A DNA stretch of 64,000 nucleotides from Thalia democratica (lineage: Eukaryota), in assembly GCA_965202585.1 (NCBI GenBank), contig OZ241827.1, positions 54,374,001 through 54,438,000 of the forward strand, in the 5' to 3' direction. Shown piece by piece: positions 47,001-59,000 of the stretch (position 1 is its first letter; every line of letters begins with the position of its first letter). The notes under the pieces were generated by a model, which was not told where the DNA came from, did no database searches, and saw only the letters and a list, made by a program, of their open reading frames with translations. The position numbers and the translations under genes are program-made.

Positions 47001-50000
47001 TATTTTTCACAGACGTCCATAATCTACTGTTGCTTTTGATTCTGTTTACAATTGAATATTTTGTACTAAGTAAATTAAACACTTTTAAGATATTTAAGTG
47101 TTTTTAGAAAAATATTACACGGAACTTGGTTGTGCTAATGTCATAAAAAAAAGCTACGTAGCCCTTCTTAATAAAAATACTAAATAACTTCTATTCAATA
47201 AAAAAAAAAGTTGTGTTCAATTATAATTTAAATAAACTCCATTCACCTAGCAAGTTATTGTGAACTTTTAGTGTATAAGCTGTGCTAAATATTTTATTTT
47301 TATTTAAAGTTATTACATTCAACATTTTACGAAAAAGGCAAATGTATAAATTTATTTATATAGTATCTTAAAACTAAAACATATAAGTTGATAAAATTGT
47401 TTTGATTTTCAATAGCAGCTTTAAAGCAAATAATCTTAACTTTTTTTTGTGTGTTTTAAAACTTACAAGTAACCGTGATATGTTTTACCGTGGTAAAATC
47501 TTTAGTTTTTATTACTGAACTTACACTCAAATAACTAATATAATTCTATATACTGTAGGAAATAATCTCACTCGTATTAACCTAAACGAACTTCTTAAAA
47601 TACGTTCGTTCATAGTTTTATCAGCAAAGTCAATTAAACAAACTACCAAACCAATTAGGCAAAAATGTTTGTCGAACCTGTAGTGCGATACTTGGTAATT
47701 AACTTCATCAGCATTCTCATTTAAATCACCAGCAGCCCAGCTGATACGAAGCGATGTTAATTCGGACGAGACTAATTTCAAGTGCTCCGGCGCTCCCAAT
47801 ACATCACTGTCGGCTCCGTTCAATTCTGAAAACATGTTTTCGGCTAATTAATGTTTGTGGTACATGCGCGCGGAACATGCTCGAACTCGAAACAGAAATC
47901 GGAATATCAAATGAAAAAATGTGACGTACCTGGTAGCTTTAAGTTCACGGATATAGAACTTGCGCCGTGCTGGTTTGAGGCTTCGCACTTGTACTTTCCG
48001 TAGTTTCCGGCCTTTGAAAATATTTTAATTTTACTCTTTTTTTACTCACTTCAAACTTTTAAATTTTATTGCCAAAACAATGTTTCGCGCGTTTAAGCAA
48101 TTCAAAAGAGATCTTCAGTTAATGAACAAAAAACTTTTTCAAATAGAAACCATTTTAAAAGTCAAAGAAAATCTATGATTTCGACCTATTAAGCGCGCTT
48201 TACCTATGTTTTAAAGATTTAACCAGATTTTGTAGAAACATGTATGCATATTTAGAGCGCGTTCAATACGCTTTTATTGCGAATTCAGGCAAGGCTTTTT
48301 TTCATTTAAAATATGAACAAGGTGTCAAAAGAACTTTTCATAAACTTTGCACATTTCTCGACCTCTTTATTTATTCATGCGTTTCAAACTTCGCTCTATC
48401 TCCTGTGCTGCTGTCCGGCAGAAAAATTTAATTAAATTCGTGTCGCCGCTACTAACTATGACGTAACAACCACCTTGCGAAAGTGACATTTGTGCGATGC
48501 AAAACAAAGCTGTAAGACTTGCAGTCATTTATAAAGTCATTTACATAACAACTGTTTCTCAAATCTGTTCTCTTAAATTTTTCTTAAACTCAATTTTGTT
48601 TAAAATAGTTTAAAACTTAAATTTTGAAATTTTAATTTTTAGTTACAAACTAATTTTTCAATAAAAACTTAAAATAACAATTAAGTAGTTCAGTCTATCA
48701 ACTTAATTAAGGAGCCTTTTATAAACTCGTTTGAATGTTAGAAAAATATTGCGTGAAAGCTTTAAGGAGTGTTACTTAAATATTTGTGCTAAACAAACTT
48801 TTCGTTATCTATCGGCCCGTCGACTTAAACTTGATTTCCACTAAGTCACGATATATTTAGGAATTGGACTAAATAAATAGAAATACTGTGACAACAGTAG
48901 TCAATATGGAGCTAAAAGTTGAAAAAACGAAAATAACTGTTTAAATAACTGTACTATATAGGAAGTTGAAACAGTGCAATTAAAACAACGTAGTAGTGTT
49001 TGAAGTTTCGAAAACCAGTTAAATTGTTAGTCGACTTAAGTAAAGCAAAACAATCATCAAAAAAAGTAAAAAAAATCTTTTGTAGACTGTCTGATATGTT
49101 AACTGATAAATTTTGATCAAGTTTAGGTTAACAATATGTGTTTTTATTTTAAATACATGTGAGAAATTTAATAGATTTTCTCTACGAAAAAATTAATAAC
49201 TCTACTAAATAAATAATGAGTGATTCGCTACATAAAAGTTTAAAAGAACTTTAAATACTCACTTGTACGCTTTTTATGGTAAGCTTTTCACCGACGGCCG
49301 AATTAAGTTTTTCAATTTTAATTGAATTATCTTGGCTGCTTTCGAGCACAGTAATAAGATCATCCTTTATAAAGTACCATTCAATTTTCCACGCGTTGTC
49401 ATTTTTTCCCAATTCACAAACAAATTCTATTGTTTCGCCTTTTGCAGCGTACAAATTCTGGACTTTGCTTGTAATTATTGGCGGGTAGAAGTCACCTGGT
49501 CCTAGCACAACATACTTATTTAAAAGACAGCTAACAAGTTAAAAATCCAAGAAAATATACATTATTTATCAAAAGTTACAACGAAAAATATTAAATGTAG
49601 CACAACTACAATTCAAAAAATAAAACTACGGTTTATTATTGTTTCCGAACACTTTGTGTTTACTAATAGTTTTCATAAAAAAGGAAATATTTTTCATTTG
49701 TTAACCAAGTGCTGTACATATCAACTGTGAGTAACCTTTCACTTGAAGGTCTATTTGTTCCTGCAGTCCGTTCTCAATCATGCAGCTGTAGGTACCACTG
49801 TCTTGAGTACTGACGTCAGGTATTACCAGGTTTCCATTCAAATCAGGTATGGCGCTCAACCCCGACTTTTGGTAAGTGTCTGAAATGTGAAGTGTAGTAA
49901 GTAAATAGAATAATGTTTTTCAAACTTTGTACAAATGCAACCGTTTTAATTCTAAAAATAAAATGAAACATAATAATTAAGTTTTTAAATACTTAAACGA

Positions 50001-53000
50001 ATAAACTTATGTTCTAAATATCTCGTAATTTTATTATTTGTCAAAAAAATTGTTATGACTAAAAATAATACTGGATCTAAATTAATTCACAAAATGCATA
50101 GATAAACTGTGGAAATTTAAATAAAACTATCACCTAAAGAAATAAAAGTTCGGATAATTTAGCTTTAATATTACTTCTTTTGCTTAGAATTAAGTACATA
50201 TTATTAACAAATGTTTTTTAGAGTGTACAGTGCTTTCAAAAAGTTGGTAAAAGTATTCGATTTTGTTTACCTTTAATCGAAAACCATGTGACTACGGAAC
50301 GAGGCTTGCCACTCTGTTTACAAAACAACATTACATTTTCCCCTACTTCTGCCTGCTTGCTTGATGAGAACTTTTCAATTTTCAGCGGATCTGTTTAATA
50401 AAAGCTTGTAACTTTTATTTTGCCTATGAAATTAGACTGTTCCCAATGCGCTTATAAAAAGCTACATCGCATATAAAACTCTATATGTTGTATTGAAAAC
50501 AAAAGATACATTGCATGAAAGCTACATTGTATATAAAAATGTATAACTATATATTGCTTTGAAAACTGTATACAGTAATTAGCTCGTATAATTCAAGGCA
50601 TTTGAAAAATGTCAAAAGACTGGTTTCTAACATAAGCTGTAAATGTTAAATTGTATTAGAGATTTATTACATTTGAAAATAATACGTACTTCACCATATG
50701 CCGTGGGTAGCTGTAAAGATTATGACAAAATATTATCACGTAAGGAATATTTTATTAGTTCGCAAGGAAGATAAAGGTCAAGCTTTTGTTATTTGACAAG
50801 AGTAATTGTATGAAAAATTTAGTTCAAAATGTTTCACACAAGAAAGTTGGTAGCTTCCTACAAAAACAAAGTTTTGATAAGTTCCAGTTAAAATTGATGT
50901 AAAAATAAGCAACATTATTTCTGCTAAAAAAAAGTATTTTTTGTTAACAAATATGTGAAATTCATTTAGTATTTTTAAAATATGTATTGTTGGCAGTACA
51001 TTGTTACCCAATGTAATTTAGCCATTAAAAAGAGCAATCATAAGATAAAAAACAATTTCAGACGGAAAACTTACAATTTTAAAAGCAATGTTTTTGGTTT
51101 TAGTTTTCAAACAAGTTCTTCACATAACAAGTAAAAATTAAACACTTACTAAGTGTTTAGTCTCAAATGGTTATACAGTGTTGTAATAGTGTATTACATA
51201 GTTTTTTTTTTGTGAACATACTATTGTTTATTTCAAGCGCTAATTTTAGTTGTACACTTTGAAATGCACACGCGAACTTACTATCAACTTCCAGGTGCAC
51301 GTTGTGCTCCACTTCGCCCACCCTGTTCTTCGCCTTGCAGGTGTAAACCCCCGACTGCTCCCCGCTGCCCACGTTCACTTGCAGCTTCGTTTCTATCAGG
51401 TTGTAGCTGCAAATGTTTGGTTATTTTGAATTTTTTCTTAAGCGTTTTATAGCCAACTAAGACTGTTTTAACGACTGAGTATATACAATTTATTTTTGGG
51501 TAATAACAATATTTATTGTAGCAATTAAAATAGGATAAAATTAAACTTTAACAAAAAAAAATACTTTTTATTTAGTTTCAAATGCAACTTAATTATATTT
51601 ACAATATTCAAAAACGTGTTTCACTTACTTTTTACCATACTGACTGATTTCTTTAACGTCTCTTGAATCTTTGTACCACTCTATCCAAGGATCGGGATTT
51701 CCAACAGCTTGACAGTCTAACGTGATGCTTTCACCGACTTTCACATTTCTATCTGCTGCTAGCTGAGTGAAAACTGGAGGCTCTACAAAACCATAAATTT
51801 TCTTTTATTTATTATTCAAATAAAATTATGACAAACAAACATATTTATTACTGTAAATATAGTATCATACGTGTATATTTAATATGTAGAAAAAAGTTTT
51901 AAAACTTTTTTAGAATAAAGAATTCTCTCTTATTTTTAAGTAATAAATATTAAGTTATTGCTGAATTTTATAATCAAACTTCAACATACTGATATTTTTT
52001 TTGTTAAGACTATGTAAAGTAGTTTGATTGAATAATAGTTAACGGGCAAGACAAAGGTTCAGTTTTACTTTTTTCAAACTCTGCTTAAAACTGCTGATCT
52101 TTTGCTCGAAGTTTTGTTTGATACAAGTTGACAAAGTAATAAATACTGAAAAAGGTTAATTCGCTGTACATTAGTATCACTATTGATTTTATGTCACTAA
52201 AAAGCAAAAGGTAAGTTTGTATTAACAACAGTGTGACAACCTTGTACTATTTTGTCTACAAGTCTTACTGCGTTTGTTTCAGTTGCTTTATTAGTTTAGC
52301 ATAATATTTCTCAAAGTATAATACATTAGCTCGTAACAATTTTTTTGAGTTACAGATGCGTAGTTGAAAAGTTTATTACTTCAACTCGTAAAATTGAGAT
52401 TAAACTCATGTAAACTTATGATTTTTTTCCTACACGTGAATATTGAGTTTGTTTACTAATTTGCTTTTATTAACCGCACATTCACAAGCAGGTAAGAAAC
52501 CAGCTTTATCTTTTCTCTTAGGTTAAAACTTGTTTACGACAAAAGACTGCAAAAATAAACAATTTGACGTCTTGTGTTAGTTTTTCAAGCAAATGTTATT
52601 AATAATTAAAAGCGTAATTAAATATGCGACGTTTTCCGAAGCAAAAGTTTCTTTCACCAAAAATACTAAAACTTGGTTTTGTAAGAACATAAACTTAAAT
52701 ATAGCGAGGAATTAAAAACATGAAAATAGTAAAAAAATATTATTATTAACAAAACTGCAATGGTTAATTAAAACAAACCAAAGACTCTTAGCTCTGCAGC
52801 TAAACTCAGTCTAGTTCCTGCATCGTTTTTAGCTCGACAAGTGTAAAATCCTCTGTCTTCGGGTTGCAGATTTTTTATTACGAGATTGTTTGATTTTATC
52901 TGTAGTTAAATATAGAAAAAAAGTTTAAGTTAGTTTAGTGTGAAATAAACAACAACGTACTCGTTTATCTAAAAAAGCATAGTTTATACTACTAAGAAAA

Positions 53001-56000
53001 TTTATTCCAAATTTATACTAAACAAGACAAAAAGTAGTCAAATTCAAAGTTAAAAGTACAAACAGTTTATATTTTAAATTTGTTTCTAAATAAACACTTC
53101 ACCAAAGATTTTAAGTATTTTTTTATAAATGAGTTTTGTTAGTATGTTAACAAACTAACTACTAAAATATTGGTGTATCAATTGTTAAGTTAGTAATTTA
53201 GTTACAGTTAGCACTAAAACAAGCTTAATGTATTCGCTTCTATGGATATCAAAGCATTATCTGTCTATTAAGTACACTGAACTTTTTTAATCTGAAAAAA
53301 TAGCAAAAGTATACCCACTTTATATTTTAATCCTTTAAAATAAACATTTTATTTATAAAATTGTATCATTTTTAATCTTAAATTTTTCAAATACAACGTT
53401 TTAAATAATTTATAATTTCTTAATATTAAATTGAAAAAACAATTGTGTTTGAAATATTGAGTACAAAAACAAAACAGTACTTTTTTCTGAAAGGAAAATC
53501 GTTGTATATTTTATATCAAGTACTTCTTAGTAACTAGATTTGGAATTTTAAAAAAGTATACCTTGAACACTTAGATGTTAGCATTAATAGCATTTTAAAA
53601 TCAATAATGTAGTTCTTAAAATCTATTTTTTGACCAATTTTTATGTCTTTTTACTCTTTTTGAGGTTGAAATATTAACTTAATACACACACAGTATGAAG
53701 CAAATGGACACTTATGCTACTTTAAAAACAATAAAACCATCTATCAATCAGAAATGCACAAAAACAGATTTGCGCAGCATTGATACATTGCCCTGGGTAG
53801 AATTTGCTTGTAAGCAAATTACAACGGGGAATTTCTAGCAGTGATTTTGTCTACTGTGATTTTGCTTTTCCTGTAACAAACAAATAGCTTTTAGTGTGTA
53901 TTCGGATGAAAAACATACGGTTGCTAATTTGATTTATTTTATTGATTCTACTCCTATTTTGTTTATTTAGGTCCAGACAGCTTCAGCACAAATTCTAAGT
54001 TTTTTAAAGCAAGTCATAGCCAAGTTTAAAATGTTTTGTTTGCGGCTTTTAAAGCGTGATACATTGATTTAAAACATTAGTGCAATTTAAGTAGTTTTAG
54101 TTTAGTGTGATAGTGAACTTAAGCTGATTGCTTTTTTGCTTTTAAGCTAACAAAAATCTATAAAACTTTTTACAGCCAATGTAAGCCTGATACTAACTAC
54201 TTCAAGTTGATTGGTGATAAATTGACGCATCTGATTTATGTTAAAAGTCAAATGTATTCTTTCTTTGCTCAATTAAACTTAGTACTAACCTAGCAGTTGT
54301 CTACCTTAGTTGAATTATACCAAAAATTTTTGACTTCATTAGAAGTCTTAAATATCAAAAACGTGTTTTTCAAAATAAAAGAAAAGTAAAGTAAAAACTA
54401 AAAAAAACTATTATATGTTAGTTAGACGTTACTAACCATTTTTCTTTTATCGTATAAAACTTCAGTTCTGTTAATGCCGTCGTATTTTTGAAACAACCAC
54501 GTGACTTTGGGTTCTGGGACTCCCTCTGGTGGTGAACATTCGAACATAACGTCATCGCCAACATTACCAGCCTCATCGAACGGATTATCGAGAAAATTTC
54601 CGATGGCTGTAAAAAGTTATGAGTATTTCAAATTAGCTAAACCTTTACAAATTAATATAATATTATTCTTGCCTTATTTACCTTTACGAGAAAATCTTTT
54701 AAAATATTAGATATTTCTCTAATGAAACGAGAGACAAGAGGCCATCGAAGGTAATAAAGCTAGAGGCAAGTAAATTAGTTGCAAGTCATCGATTTTAAAC
54801 TACCCACCGCAAGTAGTTAGTTGGCGAAAAATACAAGTGCTTTGCAAGCGGAGGATTAAGCGACCTCTTGCATTTTTCAATGTCTGCTACGTCACAAAAC
54901 GTCGATTCACAAACTTTTATAAAATTGTTTTGAGCCAAGACTCTAAGTTGTAAAAGCAACAGTTTTACTAAGTTTTACTAAAGATTGCTTACAAATAAAC
55001 TCTCCTAAACAGTTTTATTTAAAACATTAATATAAAAAACTACTTCGAATAACTTTGTAACATTTTTTTGCTTAAATTTAAAGCTTAAAAAAACTAAATT
55101 AAAAAAAACGTATAAAAAAACTTAAAAATATAATATTATTATACTACTTTATCGTTCAAAAATTGACAACTTTGCTTTTTTCCGAGTGATTTATGTATAC
55201 AATTTTAGTATAAATACTTTTTAGTTTCTGTAAAGTTGTTCAAAAAAGTAAAATTTAGATTTTTTTAAATTTAGTTTTTTAAAGCCTTTAAACTAAAGTC
55301 AGTTTGTTATTAATAATAAAAGAATACTTTGTTTAAAAGACTCAATAACTTTCAAATAATCATAGTAAAACTGAAGCTTATTTCAAACTTATGTCTTTGT
55401 TTTAAAAAGAAAGACAGAATTTGAATAATATTAAAATATGTACCACTTAATAATATATCAATAAAATTAAATTTGATAAATTTTATATTTTTAATTTCTA
55501 ATTCAAAAAGTTATTTTTTACATCAATACACATCTTTCATTGAAAAACTTCTTACATAACTTTTCTAATTTTCCTAAATAATTTATTATACAAGTAAGTT
55601 AAACACAAACAAAACTCCAATAAACTGACAATTGAAGACAATTAATTTCCTTGAAGTCAATTAAGTGATGGTAAATTTGAATTTAACTATTATTAAGTGT
55701 TTTTGTCAGTTACACCAAAAACATTTAAACGTTCAAGAAACCCAAATTTTTCACCAAGTTATTGTTACAAATCTAAAAAGTATTGTTATATTAATACTTT
55801 TTTCCAGCTTCTAAATAAAAACTAAAAATTTTTCATTATTTATAGCTTTTATACAGATAAATCAAAATTTCAAGTATCAAGACAATTCTTTTTTAAACAG
55901 AACATTTAAGCTTAACGATTAATTTTACAAACTATTTTTTAATTTTGTAATATTTCCGCATCAACTTTCGAAATAAAATTAGAACGAACGAAAAAAGCAC

Positions 56001-59000
56001 GCACAAACTAGCTTCCGGTTTATATTTATTTTGAGGCAATTTTAAAATCACGAAAACTTAAAAAGCCAAGTCAAAATCAATTCGATATACTCTAATCTCA
56101 ACATATGTAAATATTTTTCGCTTAAAAGGAACTTAACAGTTTAGTATTTACGTCGGCTTTTTGTTGATAAAATAACTGATAAGTAAAAAGGTTTTAAATC
56201 CTCACATTAAAGATGTATTAAGTAGTATTCATGAACAGTTTTCATTGCACTTCAAGTCCTTTACACAACAATTGCATACAACAACTTTAAAGAGGATTAA
56301 GCGTTTACTATGCTTCAGAATTAAAAAAGAGACATTTTTTATTTTTAAATTAATTTGTTCAAGCAAGGCATTACAACTTAAAATATAAGTGCTTTCGTTT
56401 AGTGCGCAAGATCATTATCGAAATAATAGGGAACAGAAAAAGCTTGTAAAGTTTTTTATAACATCAACAGCGCTACAAAGTTAGCAGAGTAGCGTTCAAG
56501 CTATTTAATTGGTGTCAATAATAAAATGTTTTAATCAAGTGCCACACCTTATTGGTATTTATCATTATTAGTGAACAAAGTGTCGTTAGAGATTCAAAGC
56601 ACAATGACGAATATGTTATTTTAGCTTTTTTACCTTGAAGTAAAAGTGTGTTTAAACTTGAAAGTTGTTTTGTTATTACGACAAGGAAGTTTAAGTTTAA
56701 TATACATAGTTTTAATTAATACTCTTCTAATTGTTATAAACATCACTTAAGCGTTAGTAAAAATTTTGTACAATATTTAATGGTTTTTTAAGCTTGTTTA
56801 ATTAATGTCAACTTTGAAACACCTACTATGAACACAACAGGGATAGCTGTTTAGACTCTTACTTCAATTTTCAATATTTCAAAGCTCTTTAAAAGTTTTG
56901 TTTTCACTCTCTTTTTTCCAATACTTTACTTTTAAAGCTAATTTAAGCAAAGCTAATATCGTGTACCTTATAAACAATGTTCAGAGGGCATTACATATGT
57001 TCATATTTTCCCTGCACACAAAAGCTAATACTTTTCAGAAACGGTGTATCACTTTCAAAAAAGACACAAGAGTTTATTTTCGGCGCTGTTGTAGTTTCTG
57101 TTCAAAGGTCAAAGTTCGCGCGCTATCTTAATTGAATTCTTCAGCACGGGCGCAGCTGACACAAAGGTCCCGAACCGATGCGAAATGAGTTTTCAAAATT
57201 GACTTTTAATAACAGGCATTCACAGCTATTACTTTGCAGCCTTTAGTTCGCGCTGCGGCAATTTTCACTTTCGAACTGAGTGATAACGAATCTGGGTCAG
57301 CATTCGTCTGTCGTCGATCAGAAATTAACGAGCGAGACGTTCTAATTGCGACGCTTTAAATTTTGCGCAACTTGCACCAACACATAAAACAGGATGTAAA
57401 TGTGCTGAGAAGGTCGATTCTCATGCCAGCTACGTGCTGTGCTGTTCGAATCAAGTTACTTCTTGCTGCGTGCTGTAAGTTCAAGTAAACAAGCGTGTAG
57501 CTTTCATGGAAATAAGCTGAAAATAATCTTGTACAAAAACTTGTTGTAGCAACTTTTATGTTTACACGAAAGTGGAAGCTCGTTGGCTGGCAGCTTCACG
57601 TAATTACGCGCGACTAATTCGCCACTCGTCGCTCAACTTTGCCGGGTTGCTCATGAAAAATTCCGTGTTTTTTGGGGCAGCCACCTCTCACGCGCTCTTT
57701 GAGGTGTAAAGTTGCCCCAGATTCGCGACGATTAAGCTGTGGAAATCCACTTATTTACGGCGGTATTTCGGTTGAAAGTGATTTATTTCGGTTTTCACGT
57801 CTCAGAAGTTTCATCGCGCGCGGCCAATTAAAACGGTATCAAGGAGCCAATTGAATTATCATGACAAATTACCACTTAACTAGCTTAAGATTTTCAATTG
57901 TTTCTCGTGTTTGCTTGGTATTTTTCTTTCGTCAGCTAAACTTGTTCGCTTTTAATTTCTGCTCTTAATTTAAAACAAATAAACACGATTTGTACAGCAG
58001 TTCAACTCAATGAAAGGGGAAAAAAAAAATTTCCGAGAACTTAGCATACTGAAAAAAATGCATGCTTGAAAAGCCAAAACACTCGTGTATTAAGATAAAG
58101 CCGACGAAAAGCGAACGATGTTGTGCTTTAACCTTTTACCGGGCAAATATGATTGATTTTTCTTCTTCTTTTCTGCCGAAGTTCACTCCGTAATGAGCTG
58201 TTTTTACTTCTTACTTGTTCGCATTGAACGGCGAGTTGTGAAAACAAAATTTTTGCTCGAGTTGTGTACACAAGAACGACTTGTGAATTTTTTTAGCGCT
58301 GAATTTTAAATAAACTTTTTAAACCTTCAGTACATTTGTTAGGTTTAAATAAACAAATTTTCATGAACCTTATTAACTTTAAAATTTTTGATTTTATACA
58401 TTTAAACTTGTCAAGAACAATAGCCCTGTCAAAAGCTTTTGTTTTCTCTAATCTATAAAAAAATCTTCGTTTTTTTTGGCTAATTCAAAAATTCATATGT
58501 TACTTTGTTATGACTTTGTAACGGGAAAACAGCTAATTTCGATATTCCATCGCACAAAAGTTTCCAAAAGTATCAAAGCAAAACTATTTGTTAAAAACCT
58601 AGGAAAGGGGCACAAAGCGCGCAAAACAAGCTACATTGTGCTGGAAATAAACAACAAAAAAAGAGTAAATTCGCCGTAGTAAGATTGAAATCCATTTATT
58701 TCGCTGATATTACGCGTATTAAAAGACCACAAAGAGAGCACAAAAAGCAACAAATCGATAAAGAGTTTGGGGGACGCCAACACAAAAAGAACGGACCGCC
58801 GCGAATATGCGCGCTGTTTGGAATACAACATTATACGCTTGCCGTTGTAAAGCCGAAATGTGCTTATCGACGGTTCGCAGGGCTGATAAGACCGGCAATG
58901 TGCGAGATTAAATGCCCTTCTTACCTTTGCATGTAACAACAAAAAATATTTAAGGCTTTTATTAAGAACATTTGAAGAATTAGACGTGTCACACAGATGG

